A stretch of 53,510 nt of DNA from a bacterium (GTDB lineage Bacteria > JAJRZV01): contig JAJRZV010000123.1 in assembly GCA_024275095.1 (NCBI GenBank), positions 1 through 53,510 on the forward strand, given 5' to 3'. Below, in pieces: positions 20,253 to 31,214 of this stretch; the stretch's first letter is position 1; each line of letters opens with the position of its first letter. A model generated the notes under the pieces. It saw only the letters and a list, made by a program, of their open reading frames with translations. It searched no databases and had not been told where the DNA came from. The position numbers and the translations under genes are program-made.

Positions 20253-20316
20253 TTGACAGGTTTTTGAAAGCGAGTTCATAATTTGAACTAATATTCAGAA
20301 AATGAATGGACATTCA
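20253..20316 (+). promoter_or_regulatory. Sigma70 promoter overlapped by palindromic operators, probably bound by the TetR regulator
   Basis: TTGACA (20253-20258), 18 bp spacer, CATAAT (20277-20282). Inverted repeats AGTTCA-N5-TGAACT (20273-20289), TGAA-N6-TTCA (20284-20297) and TGAAT-N4-ATTCA (20303-20316). Confidence 0.65.
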
Positions 20317-20922
20317 AGAATATTGACGCTTAAAGACCGGGAGCGCAACAGGCGTAAAAAGGAGATAATGAAGGTGGCATCGCGCCTGTTCGCTCAAAAA
20401 GGTTATTCCAATACCACCATGGCTGACATTTCGAAAGCCACAGGCTTTTCTATCGGGCTTCTCTACGAAATGTTTGAAGGAAAAGAGCAACTGTACATTA
20501 TGGTGCACCAGGAAAAAATCACCAAGCTTGCCGAGCAGCTGAGAAAAGTAACAGCATCTGGTACTCCCACCGAAAAGCTGGAAAAATTTATTGAAACTTA
20601 CGCTTCTTTCTTTGTGAAAGAGCGCGATTTTTTTCGAATTTTTGCTCAGGAACACATGACATTTGGCAAGCGCAGGGGCACACTACTTCGCGAGCAAATC
20701 CGACCGGTCATACGTGAATTTTTTCACCTCGTGCGCTCCATAATCAAAGAAGGAGAAAAAAAGGGAGAATTCAATGTTCCCTCTCCCGACGTGGGAGGGT
20801 CCCTCGTAATGGGGGGTATTCACGCCACACTGGGGCTCTGGATCACTGGCGAAATTAAAGAAAAACCCCAAATTCTTAAAAGACAGCTGAAATCATTATT
20901 GATGAAGGCGGTGAGGCGATGA
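20302..20922 (+). CDS. TetR/AcrR family transcriptional regulator
   Basis: IMKVASRLFAQKGYSNTTMADISKATGFSIGLLYEMFEGKEQL helix-turn-helix. Confidence 0.93.
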   Translation: MNGHSRILTLKDRERNRRKKEIMKVASRLFAQKGYSNTTMADISKATGFSIGLLYEMFEGKEQLYIMVHQEKITKLAEQLRKVTASGTPTEKLEKFIETYASFFVKERDFFRIFAQEHMTFGKRRGTLLREQIRPVIREFFHLVRSIIKEGEKKGEFNVPSPDVGGSLVMGGIHATLGLWITGEIKEKPQILKRQLKSLLMKAVRR

Positions 20923-22265
20923 AAAAGATACCCGTACTTGTCTTATCAGTATGTGCTTTATCCAGTTTTCATCTTCTGGCAGCTGAGCCCTCCTCCCTCA
21001 CTCTCGAAGAATGCCAGCGCATTGCAATGGAACACAACAAACAATACCTGGCAGCCCTTAAAGAGAAGGAGCGCGCTGATCTCAATTACAACCTCGCGTG
21101 GCAGATTTACATGCCGAAACTTTCAGCCAATTTTACGTACACTCTCGCAGAAAAACTCAGGGCATTTGAAATTCCTGAAGACTCACCCCTTTATCAATTT
21201 ATGAACCTCGCGGGAGAAATATCCTTCGTCATCGACTTTACTTACGACTACAACGTGCAGCTCAATATCGTTCAGCCCATTGTTAACACCCAGATTATTC
21301 TCGGTATTGATTCAGCCGCACTGGGCCGAAAGTTGGCCGAGGAAAAGGTGCGCCAGGTGAAAAATTCGGTTCTCTACAACGTAAGAAATGCCTTCTACAG
21401 GGCACTTCTCGTTGAGAATCTCGTGGAAGTTGCTCGTGAAGCGCTGAAACTCGCAGAAGAACAATTACGGGTCACGCAGGCGCGGTACAAGGTGGGAGAA
21501 GCCATGGAATTCGAACTCCTTAGAAACGAAGTAGAAGTTGCAAACGCCCGAACAGCGCTGATCGAAGCAGAAAACAACCAGAAAAAAGCGTTGCTTTATC
21601 TCTTACTTCTCATGGGGCTCAACACATCCCAACTGCCTGAAATTCAGGGACAACTTGAAAAGCCCCGGTTTTCGGGAACAGAAGATGAATACATCGCAAT
21701 CGCTCTCAAAAAAAGGCCGGAATTGAAACAGATTGACCTGCTCATTCAAATAAAAAAGCGGGAAAAACTCACGCATTCACTGGAATATGCTCCGTCATTG
21801 AATGCAATTGGAACACTCAATCTCTTCACGAACGATATTAACGGCCGGTGGCACAATGACTACAATTTCATGCTGGCCCTCTCGTGGAATCTTTTTACGG
21901 GGGGAACATCATACACGCAATTGAAATCCGTGGAAGTGGAAATTGAAAAATTATTTCAACAGAGAAAACTCCTCGAAGATACCATAAGAATGGAAGTGAA
22001 AAATGCTTTTCTCGATTTGAAAAAGTCCTCCCAGCTTCTGGCCGCCACTGAAGAGGCCGTGAAAACAGCGCAACGCAGTGTAGAAATTGCCCGAGAAAGA
22101 TTTCGAAACGGGCTTCTCACATCACTCGAGCTCATGGATGCCCAGATGGCACTTCGACGTGCCAGAACAGCTTATTACAATGCTATCTACCAGTACACGC
22201 GGGCAGTGGAAAAAATCCACTTTGCGGCAGGAATTATGGACTCATACGTGGAGGGTGAAAAATGA
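20919..22265 (+). CDS. TolC-family outer membrane efflux protein
   Basis: Signal peptide, LTLEEC..IA..HN, two OEP repeats (RYKVGEA..FELL, RFRNGLLTSLELMDAQ). Confidence 0.92.
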   Translation: MKKIPVLVLSVCALSSFHLLAAEPSSLTLEECQRIAMEHNKQYLAALKEKERADLNYNLAWQIYMPKLSANFTYTLAEKLRAFEIPEDSPLYQFMNLAGEISFVIDFTYDYNVQLNIVQPIVNTQIILGIDSAALGRKLAEEKVRQVKNSVLYNVRNAFYRALLVENLVEVAREALKLAEEQLRVTQARYKVGEAMEFELLRNEVEVANARTALIEAENNQKKALLYLLLLMGLNTSQLPEIQGQLEKPRFSGTEDEYIAIALKKRPELKQIDLLIQIKKREKLTHSLEYAPSLNAIGTLNLFTNDINGRWHNDYNFMLALSWNLFTGGTSYTQLKSVEVEIEKLFQQRKLLEDTIRMEVKNAFLDLKKSSQLLAATEEAVKTAQRSVEIARERFRNGLLTSLELMDAQMALRRARTAYYNAIYQYTRAVEKIHFAAGIMDSYVEGEK

Positions 22266-23200
22266 CCGGTCACAAGTTGCTCTCTTTGAGGATTGGCTTT
22301 GTACTCGTATGTGCTATTGCAGTGATTACATCCTGCAAAAGCCAGAAGAAAGAAGCGTCCTCCGAAAAAAAAGAACAATCACAAGAAGCACAACCCGTTG
22401 TGGCTGCAAAAGCCATACGCATGAAACTGAACGATAAAATTCTTCTCATGGGCGATGTACGGGGTATTCGAGAGGCGGATGTATATCCAAAGGTACCTGG
22501 AAAACTGCAGGAATACCGTGTCAAAGAACGTCAGTGGGTTAAAAAAAACCAGGTAATAGCGGTGGTTGACCAGGACCTTACAGGAGTAAAGTACAACCCC
22601 GCACTCATAAAAGCACCTTTCAGTGGGATGGTGGTACAGCTGTACTTGGACCCGGGTGAAGTCGTAAATCCTCCCACCATGAGCAGAACAATGGGAACGC
22701 CTATCGCCCGTGTCGCCGATTTAAAAAAGGTGCGTATTGTCATGCATGCACCTGACAGGTTCGTAAATCGGATACATCCGGGCATGCCGGTCGAAATTAA
22801 CCTATCGGGTACAGACAGATGGATACGCCGTGGGAAAGTAACCCGCATTACTCCACAGGTAGACCCTCTTACACGGACATTTCTCGTGGAAGCGACTGTT
22901 CCTAACCACGACGGCTTGTTCGTTCCGGGGATGTTTGCACGTGTCAGGGTAATTACCCGTACCGAAAAAGACGCTCTCGTAATTCCACGCGAGGCTCTCG
23001 TATCTCGAAATGGAAAAACCATTGTGATGAAGGTAGAGGATGGAGTGGTCCGGGAAGTTGAAGTAAAAACAGGAATTGTAACCGACCTTTACGTTCAAAT
23101 TCTCTCCGGTCTCGAGAAAAACGATATGGTCATCGTAATGGGCCCGGATCTCTTCCACGAAGGCGACCGTGTCACAATCGCTGAGGAGCTGCACCCATGA
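22262..23200 (+). CDS. RND efflux periplasmic adaptor (MFP), lipoprotein
   Basis: ITSC lipobox, PKVPG, IKAPFSG.V, VDPLTRTF.V, PGMFARV, QILSGL...D.V. Confidence 0.92.
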   Translation: MTGHKLLSLRIGFVLVCAIAVITSCKSQKKEASSEKKEQSQEAQPVVAAKAIRMKLNDKILLMGDVRGIREADVYPKVPGKLQEYRVKERQWVKKNQVIAVVDQDLTGVKYNPALIKAPFSGMVVQLYLDPGEVVNPPTMSRTMGTPIARVADLKKVRIVMHAPDRFVNRIHPGMPVEINLSGTDRWIRRGKVTRITPQVDPLTRTFLVEATVPNHDGLFVPGMFARVRVITRTEKDALVIPREALVSRNGKTIVMKVEDGVVREVEVKTGIVTDLYVQILSGLEKNDMVIVMGPDLFHEGDRVTIAEELHP

Positions 23201-26200
23201 GAATTGCCGCATTCAGTGTGAGAAGACCTGTCTTTACGTCCATGATCTTCATGGGACTCCTGGTGCTGGGCGTTTATTCCCTGAGATTTCTCCCCGTGGA
23301 CCTTATGCCGAATATGACTTTTCCGGGGCTCAGCATCATTACCATCTATCCCGGGGCATCACCGGAGGATGTTGAGCAACTTGTTACCAAAACCATCGAA
23401 GACTTCGTCAGCACAGTACCCAATCTAAAAGAGATCACCTCTCAATCCTTAGAGAACATCTCTGCCATCACCATGCGTTTCCAGTGGGGAACCAACATGG
23501 ACGAAGCGGCCAATGACGTGCGCAGCCGGATAGACATGGCCAAGCGCCTCCTGCCCGAAGACATCGAGAATCCGGTCATATTCAAATACGACATGTCCAT
23601 GTGGCCCATCATGTTTTATGGAGTGCTTGCAAAGGAAAGTTATCCCAAGCTTCAAGAAATTTTGAAAGACAAGATTGTTGACCCGCTCAAACGCATTCCA
23701 GGCGTGGCGATCGTGGACATATTCGGCGCACCTGAAAGAGAAATCCATGTGTACGTAAAACCCGACCGCCTCGCAGCATACAATCTTTCACTCGAACAGG
23801 TAAAAAAAGCCATAGCAGCCTCGAACCTTAACATTCCAGCTGGACACATCAAAATCGGCACACGTGATTATGCCATCAGGGTGCCTGGAGAATACACTTC
23901 ACTGAAAGATATAGAAAATACAATAGTAGGATACAAATTAACCCGGACGTTCAGGCCGGCTCCCATTCTTTTAAAAGACGTTGCAGATGTGGTGGATTCA
24001 TTCAAAGACAAGGAAACTGTCGTGCGCGTGAACGGTGTCCGCGGAGCCCTGCTTATGATTCAAAAGCAATCCGGGACAAACACAATTGAAGTTGTGGAAA
24101 AAGTGAAAAGCGCATGGAAGAACTCAAAAAGAATCTTCCCTCCGATGTAAAAATATTACTTGCCATAGACGCATCCAAGTTTATTAAACGATCAATATCC
24201 AACCTCACACAGGCGGTATTTTTTGGAGGCCTGCTGGTTATACTTGTTGTATTTATATTTTTGAGGCATCTGCGTGGGAGCTTTATCATCAGTTTAACTC
24301 TCCCTTTTTCGTTAATCGTTGCTTTTACGTTCATGTATCTGATGGGTTATTCCATCAACATGATCTCACTGTTTTCGCTGGCGATCGCTGTCGGCATGGT
24401 GGTGGATAATGCCATTGTGGTGTATGAGAACATTTACCGCTTCCGCACCAAGGGGATGAGTGCGTCCGAAGCTGCTGTTGAGGGAACGGCAGAAGTGGGG
24501 AATGCCATCACAGCAGGAACCCTTACCACGGTTGCGGTGTTCCTGCCCATCATTTTCACCCGTGGAATAGCAGGCGTACTGTTCAAGCAGCTTGGTTCCA
24601 TTACAACCGTCGTCATACTTGCCTCGCTCTTCACAGCACTTACACTTACACCCATGCTTTCCTCTCTCCTCCTGGCGAAGAAAAAAACCGGCGAGAAAAC
24701 AGGATTGCTGGGGTTTTTCTACAGATTGTTTGAAAACTTTTTCAACGCTCTTGAAAATACATACAGATGGGCTCTCACAGTCGCTCTTAACTACCGCAAA
24801 ACGGTGATTACGTTCACGGTACTCCTTTTCTTCGTCAGTTTATGGAGCATCCGTTACATTGGAACAGAATTCATGCCCGAGGAAGACCAGGGTGAAGTAA
24901 GGGGCTTTATAGAACTGCCCCTGGGCACCCGTGTGGAAAAAACAGACGAGGTTGTTCGAAGAATCGCCAAAATACTGAAAGAAAAAGTGCCGGAAAGAGA
25001 AATCTTTTTCATGCGTGCAGGTGCGACAGAAACAGGCTTCGGAGCCATGATGGGCAGAAAAGAAGGCACCAATACCATTCTCTTCGCGTTAACGCTTGTG
25101 CCCAAGGAAAAACGCACACGCAGTAACAAGGAAATTGCCCATTTTCTTGAGCATGAGGTTTCCAGAATTCCGGGGCTGAAATCAGCTGATTTCTTCACCG
25201 AAGACCCCATCAATGCTCTTGCCCTCGGAACAACGAAGGCTTTTACACTTGAAATATATGGCGATGATTTTAAAACGATGGAAGCATTTGCCAAACGCGT
25301 CAAAAAGGCACTTGCAAAGGTCCAGGGGCTCACAAGCATTACAATCTCCCGTGAAAAAGGAAAGCCGGAAATCTGGATATATCCTGACCGATGGAAAGCA
25401 GCGCAGGTTGGACTGAGCATTTATCAGATTGGAACGGAGCTGCGAACACTTTATGCGGGTGACGTTGTATCCAAATACAGGGAAAAAGGAAAGGAATACG
25501 ACATCGTGGTCAAATCACCACCATCATATCGTGATGAACTCTCCGATCTATCTCAAGCTGTATTTGTGAATCCTGTAGAAAAGTGGATACCGTTAGATGT
25601 ATTTGCCGAGTACCGCACTGGTGCAGGACCTGTTGCTGTCGAAAGAAAGGATCAGCAACGTCTAATCAAAGTAGAGGCTGACATTTACGGCAGACCACTG
25701 GGAGCCGTAACAGCGGACGCAAAAAAGGTGCTTGCACGAGTCCCCATACCTGCTGGCGTTGACTATAAATTCGGCGGCCAGATAGAAGAACAAAAGGAAT
25801 CCTTTGCCGATCTGGGAATTGCACTCCTGCTGGCTACTCTGCTCGTTTACATGGTCATGGCTGCTCAGTACGAATCGTTTCTGGACCCGTTCATTATCAT
25901 GTTCTCGGTTCCCTTTGCAATAACAGGAGTACTTCTGGGACTTCTCCTTACCGGAACAACGCTCAATCTCATCACCATAATAGGCACAATTACCCTCGTG
26001 GGTATAGTGGTGAACAATGCTATCGTGCTTGTTGATTATTCCAACATCCTGTACCGTCGAGGACTTCCCATCAAGGATGCCCTTGTTACCGCAGGTACAA
26101 CGCGTTTGCGGCCAGTGCTCATGACAGCCATCACCACCATATGCGGCATGGTTCCCCTCATCGTCATGAAACGCGAAGGTTCCGAACTCTGGAGACCTTT

Positions 26201-26303
26201 CGGAATTTCTGTCAGCTCCGGCCTGGCATTTTCAACTTTTATTACACTGATATTTGTACCCGTGCTCTACTCTATCCTCAAAGCAAGAAAACAGGCTCGT
26301 TAA
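23197..26303 (+). pseudogene. AcrB/RND efflux permease split by a single-base frameshift at about 24106-24109 (pseudogene or sequencing error)
   Basis: ORF 23197-24150 (VRRPVF, YPGASPEDVE) and ORF 24114-26303 (GMVVDNAIVV, GIVVNNAIVL, RLRPVLMT) join if one A is added to GTGAAAAGCGC, giving VKKRMEEL. Confidence 0.85.
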
Positions 26304-26391
26304 ACCGGACCGAAAGCGAACTGCTCTAACAAAGAAAGTTTGGCCCATTCCGTTTGAAAAGTTGTGGCTTGAAATGCCAAGTCGGAGTAAA

Positions 26392-27561
26392 TTAGAGTTT
26401 GCTCAGTTGAACCTTTGCACCCTTGTGATCCGGGTTAATCTCCAGGGCCTTGAGAAATGAATCTCTCGCCTCTTCTATACGCCCCAGGTTCTTCAAGACA
26501 ACCCCGCGGTAGTAATAATTGCGTGCCTCCTCGGGCTCAAGTTGAATAGCTCTGTCAAACATTTCAAGAGCCTTTTCCAGTTCCGGTTCATGCCCGGGAA
26601 AATCCGCTGCGAGTGCAATCCCCAAACCTGTGAAGTATTCTCCCCTGGTAGGATCGAGCTCCACGCTCTTCTGAAAAAGCTCCAGGGCTTCCTTTTCTTT
26701 TCCTGTTTTAAAGAATTCCTTGGCCAGTTCAAAGAGTTTCTTCGCCTTTTGAGGATCCTGAGGAGTAGCAGCTGTTGCGACTTTTTCTTCTTTTGAAGGA
26801 GTCGCTGCCGGTTGTGTTACCGCTGCTTCCGGTTCGGCAGGAATTTCGTCCTTTTTAACGACAACAAGAGTCCGCATGAGAAGAAGTGCTCCTATCGTCC
26901 GGTACACAATATCCTCTTTGCCCGGAAATTTTTGAGAAATTTCTTCTACCGTCCGTTTACCGTCAATAGAAGATATAATTTGGGCCTCTGTTTTCTTGAG
27001 GGTAAGTTCCCTAAACCGGTACTTTGGGTCCTTCGTAAGAGCAACGACCGTGTTAGGACCTCCCACCAGCCTGCGAAGCTCATCCATCGGAAAGCGTTTG
27101 CGTATGCCTTCCATAATGAGATTGGCCGCGGAAATTTGAAGGGGAATAATATCATCATCCAGCATTTCTTCCGGAATAAACTCGTATGTTCCCCCACGCC
27201 ACTCAAAAGTACTGTAAATAATTTCCTCAATCTGGCTTACAACCGCGTCTACAAGTTCATCGGGTTCCAACTTGCCCTGCTCAACCAGTACCTCTCCCAG
27301 CTTCTTCCCTGTCTCGGCAGATATCTCCAGCGCATCTGTAAGGTCATCTCTGGTGATTTTCCCAATGCGTGTGAGATAAGCTCCCAAACGATCGTTTTTG
27401 TCATTACTCGTTGCATACACAGGCATCCCCATCTGGAAAAAGATGTTTTTGACGGTGCCATCCTTTTTGAGCCGGAGTATCCCGGTATAGCCCTTTATAT
27501 AAGCATCCAGCAAAATTTCAGGTACCGATTTCTCTTCCAGTGAACCTTTCAGTTCGTCCAA
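26392..27561 (-). CDS. DUF4388 (PatA-N-like) domain protein with C-terminal TPRs
   Basis: GSLEEKSVPEIL...TGILRL...IFFQ.G...YATSN...RLGAYL...KLGEVLV...FEWRGGTYEF...LIMEGIR, then a linker and TPRs. Confidence 0.85.
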   Translation of the reverse strand: MDELKGSLEEKSVPEILLDAYIKGYTGILRLKKDGTVKNIFFQMGMPVYATSNDKNDRLGAYLTRIGKITRDDLTDALEISAETGKKLGEVLVEQGKLEPDELVDAVVSQIEEIIYSTFEWRGGTYEFIPEEMLDDDIIPLQISAANLIMEGIRKRFPMDELRRLVGGPNTVVALTKDPKYRFRELTLKKTEAQIISSIDGKRTVEEISQKFPGKEDIVYRTIGALLLMRTLVVVKKDEIPAEPEAAVTQPAATPSKEEKVATAATPQDPQKAKKLFELAKEFFKTGKEKEALELFQKSVELDPTRGEYFTGLGIALAADFPGHEPELEKALEMFDRAIQLEPEEARNYYYRGVVLKNLGRIEEARDSFLKALEINPDHKGAKVQLSKL

Positions 27562-27734
27562 CAGTACACCCTCCTGAAAAAATCCTGTCAGGTGGAAAAC
27601 AAATCTCTACCCTCTTTCGACTCCGTATGCTTTTTCAACGCTTCATTCCTCCGTTAAAATATAAATCTAACACAGTCTTTTAACTAATTCATCCTTCATT
27701 AACAACAAACCTGTATTTTTCTTCCGCGATCATT

Positions 27735-30170
27735 TTAGAGCGTTGAAACAGGATCAACATCAATATCCAGTTTCACGGTCTTGCGGTTGATGTTACCGGC
27801 GAATTGACGCACTTTAAAAAGCACCCTGTGCATAGCAGGGGCGGTCGGGCATTTGAGTATTACCTGATACCGGTACCTTCCACGCAGGTAGTGATACGGT
27901 GAAGGTGAAGGGCCAAGTACGCGGACATTTCTACTTTCCGCTACAGTGCTGATGTCATCAACCAACTTAACAGCTGTTTCTTCCGCGTACTCAGCCCTGG
28001 TACCCGAAACCGTGATAACCACCATCCGCGTAAAGGGCGGATACCCAAGAGTTTCTCTTCTCGCCAGTTCATCCCTGTAAAAGGCTACGTCATTACTTTC
28101 CTGAATGTACCGAATAATCCTGTTGTCAGGTGAAGATGTCTGAATAATCACCCGCGTTTCACCACCCTCCCTTCTGCCGGCCCTGCCAAGCACCTGCTTG
28201 AGAAGCTGAAACCCCCTCTCCGGAGCACGAAAGTCAGGGATATTGAAAACGGTATCAGCGGATACCACCCCTATCACGTCCAGGCGGGGAATATCCAGCC
28301 CCTTGGCCACCATTTGCGTACCGATAAGGACATCTATTTCCCCCCTTTCAAACTTCCCCAGAATCCTGTCTGCTTCTCCACGACGAGCTGCCACGTCTGA
28401 ATCGAGCCTTGCGACCTTCAGCAGTGGGAACAACTCTTTCACTTCTTCCTCCACACGTTCGGTGCCGAAACTGCGAAAGTTGCTTTCTGAAGACCGACAC
28501 AAGGGACACGGAGAAACCCCGGGTTCCGTGTACCCGCAATAGTGACACTGCATTGCGTACTTTTTTTTGTGATACGTGAGGGTTACATCACAATGAGAGC
28601 ACTTCCACACATATCCACAACCATTGCATATACGAAAAGGTGAATAACCCCTGCGGTGTGCAAGAAGAAGTACCTGACGGCCCCGATCAACCGCTTCTTT
28701 CACAGCACCAAGAAGCCTTGGAGTAAAAAGACGCCTGTGTGAAGGATGCAATTTAACGATTTCGATGTTCTGCGGTTCTGCTCCCCGGACTCGCTTTGTC
28801 AGGGAAAGGCGTGTATATTTGCCTGTAATCGCATTGTGATAGCTCTCCAGAGAGGGAGTCGCAGAACCCAGGAGTACAACAGCATTTTCTAACTTTCCCC
28901 TCACCACTGCCACATCCCTTGCATTGTATGGGACAACATCTTCCTGTTTGTAAGAAGTATCATGCTCCTCATCCACCACGATAAGGCCCACGTTTTTCAC
29001 GGGGGCAAAGACAGCAGAACGCACGCCAATCACGACTCTGAATTCTCCTGCGAGGATGCGTTCGAAATATTCCGCCCGCTCGGTACGCGTGAGGCCACTG
29101 TGAAGTACCGCCACCTTGCCCAGGGCCGTTTTTATCCTCGCGAGCAGATGTCCCGCGAGGGCGATTTCAGGAAACAAAAGAATTACACTGCGTCCTTTCT
29201 CAAGCACCTTTTTAGAAACTTCGAGATACACCTCCGTCTTTCCACTCCCTGTTACACCGTGCAACAGAAAGGTTTTAAACAAGTTCTCGTCAATATATTT
29301 TTTTACAGCATCCACTGCTCCCAGCTGCTCTGGGGTCAGAGTTGCCCGGGGACCCTTAACATCCATACCCGGGCTCTCGCTCAGGGGCCTGGTTAAATCA
29401 ACAGGTTGAAGTACCTTTTTTTTCACAAGGTTTTTGACCACTTTGAGACCAGAACCTCCATAATGAGCCAGGAGTTCAGAAGAAAGAGCTATGGTACGCC
29501 ACCGTATAAATTCAATAATATCCCTTTCATCACCCGAGAAATCTCCGCTGTTTATATTTCTATCCACCAGCATGAAAGCCTGATATTTCCGCACGTTTTC
29601 CCCGCGCTTCACAGATGCTTCGAGTATTGAAATAAAGCCTTCTTTTTCAAGTTTTTTCAGTCTGGACCTGGTGACACCGATATTCTCGACTGCCCGGCGC
29701 AGCGTTATTCTTCCACGCTTTTCAAGTGCCTGGCGCAGGCGGTCTTCTGCTTCGGAAGACGGCCTAAAGTAGCCAAAACATTCTCCCCTTTTCACCATCA
29801 TGCGGGATTCGATGAACCGACCGTGGCTGAGAAGTATGCTGAGAACATCGCCAAGACATGCCTGATAATAACTGCTCACCCACTCAACAAGATTCAACAA
29901 TTCCAGAGAGAATGCAGGTTCATCGTCGAGCACCTCTTCTATTTCCTTCAGCATTACACCGTCCGGAGCCACACCACCGGTACGAAAAACAACACCCGTA
30001 ATCCTGCGTTTTCCATACGGTACAATCACTCTCACGCCTGGACTGACCCGACGAATGTAAGGATGAACGGCGCGGTAAAAAAACAGGCCATCAACAGGAA
30101 GCGGCACTCCTACCTGAACCAATATCTCCCCTGTTTCCACTGGCTGGTCGGTATGGCCGATAAGTTCCAT
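27735..30170 (-). CDS. priA: Primosomal protein N' (replication restart helicase)
   Basis: GVTGSGKTEVY, PEIAL, VDEEHD.SYKQ, GSATPSLES, four CxxC pairs, GTQMVAKGLD, DFRA.E, GRAGR, YPPF, DVDP. Confidence 0.97.
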   Translation of the reverse strand: MELIGHTDQPVETGEILVQVGVPLPVDGLFFYRAVHPYIRRVSPGVRVIVPYGKRRITGVVFRTGGVAPDGVMLKEIEEVLDDEPAFSLELLNLVEWVSSYYQACLGDVLSILLSHGRFIESRMMVKRGECFGYFRPSSEAEDRLRQALEKRGRITLRRAVENIGVTRSRLKKLEKEGFISILEASVKRGENVRKYQAFMLVDRNINSGDFSGDERDIIEFIRWRTIALSSELLAHYGGSGLKVVKNLVKKKVLQPVDLTRPLSESPGMDVKGPRATLTPEQLGAVDAVKKYIDENLFKTFLLHGVTGSGKTEVYLEVSKKVLEKGRSVILLFPEIALAGHLLARIKTALGKVAVLHSGLTRTERAEYFERILAGEFRVVIGVRSAVFAPVKNVGLIVVDEEHDTSYKQEDVVPYNARDVAVVRGKLENAVVLLGSATPSLESYHNAITGKYTRLSLTKRVRGAEPQNIEIVKLHPSHRRLFTPRLLGAVKEAVDRGRQVLLLAHRRGYSPFRICNGCGYVWKCSHCDVTLTYHKKKYAMQCHYCGYTEPGVSPCPLCRSSESNFRSFGTERVEEEVKELFPLLKVARLDSDVAARRGEADRILGKFERGEIDVLIGTQMVAKGLDIPRLDVIGVVSADTVFNIPDFRAPERGFQLLKQVLGRAGRREGGETRVIIQTSSPDNRIIRYIQESNDVAFYRDELARRETLGYPPFTRMVVITVSGTRAEYAEETAVKLVDDISTVAESRNVRVLGPSPSPYHYLRGRYRYQVILKCPTAPAMHRVLFKVRQFAGNINRKTVKLDIDVDPVSTL

Positions 30171-30179
30171 CCCGCTGCT

Positions 30180-31211
30180 TTACCTTCCCGACATCCAGAA
30201 CCGCTGGCTAAAGCTGATGCTGAACATTTCATCAATAGCATCTGATGAGATGGGCGAAGCCCCAAACACCTCTTCCCATACGGTAAAACTTTCCATACAC
30301 AGGTAAACAAACACATCACTTCCGGCACACTTTCGGATAACACCATACACGTAAGAATACATCTCTTCACGCAATGGCCTGATATACCTCATTTTCCCAT
30401 CAGCGCATTTTACCTGCTCGCGGATAAATCCACGGCATTTCTGCCGGTAGAGTATGGACATGCGTGCAGGATACCGCAATGTTCCCAGGCTGATCCACGC
30501 GACCTTCTCCGGTGGTATTCGACGGAATATCTCCTCCACAATCGCCCTGTATTCACGACGCCATCGTGGATAGTAAACAAGCGGATCGAAATGAAAACCC
30601 ACAGGATAACCGCGTGACGCCACCTTGGCCGCTGCTTTTATCCTTTCCACAGGGTGTGGTGACTTGCTCTCCAGCAGTACAGCCGGAGTCTCAGCATTTA
30701 GTGACCAGGAAAACACCACATGGGGTTTACCACTGAGAGGTTTTATCCAGTCCACATGTACGTGCTTCGTCTTAAATTCAAGAATCGCGCCTTCCAGTGC
30801 GTCAAATTGTTCCATAAGCCGGGTATTGAGTGGAGCAATAAAAGGATAAGAAAGAGAATCAGAAAGCTCTCCTGTACCAAAGCGTGTTACTTTTCCCTCT
30901 CTTTCTCCAAGTACATTCATGATCTGGCAAAATATCTCTTCCAGGTCTGTATTCACGAGTGTATAAGGTTTGCCCAGATATCCGTGAAGGATGCAGTAAG
31001 CGCAATCCAGAGGACACCCCTCTACCATGTCAATCACGTAATAACCACAACAAATGTACGGTGGTAACGTTCCGGGACACGGATGCACCACCTGGCCGCG
31101 TATATCGGTAAGTAGAATATCCCCCGGCTGAAAATCGTGTGCACTTGATTCTGTAATTTTCACACCTTCCATTTCCGGCTTCCAGCGCGCTTCCGGACGG
31201 GCGTAAATCAT
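30180..31211 (-). CDS. Spore photoproduct lyase-like radical SAM protein
   Basis: CPG...YICCGY, GCPLDCAYC.L (CX3CX2C), RFGTGELSDSL, EFKTK, SWSLN, GFHFDPL, SLGTLRY, DGKMRY, YLCMES. Confidence 0.85.
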   Translation of the reverse strand: MIYARPEARWKPEMEGVKITESSAHDFQPGDILLTDIRGQVVHPCPGTLPPYICCGYYVIDMVEGCPLDCAYCILHGYLGKPYTLVNTDLEEIFCQIMNVLGEREGKVTRFGTGELSDSLSYPFIAPLNTRLMEQFDALEGAILEFKTKHVHVDWIKPLSGKPHVVFSWSLNAETPAVLLESKSPHPVERIKAAAKVASRGYPVGFHFDPLVYYPRWRREYRAIVEEIFRRIPPEKVAWISLGTLRYPARMSILYRQKCRGFIREQVKCADGKMRYIRPLREEMYSYVYGVIRKCAGSDVFVYLCMESFTVWEEVFGASPISSDAIDEMFSISFSQRFWMSGR

Positions 31212-31214
31212 TAA

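Noticed and set aside
26812-27543. Long antisense ORFs (243 aa here; similarly 41496-42215, 35048-35695 and 48201-48797)
   Set aside because: They are shadows of well-supported genes on the opposite strand and have no motifs.
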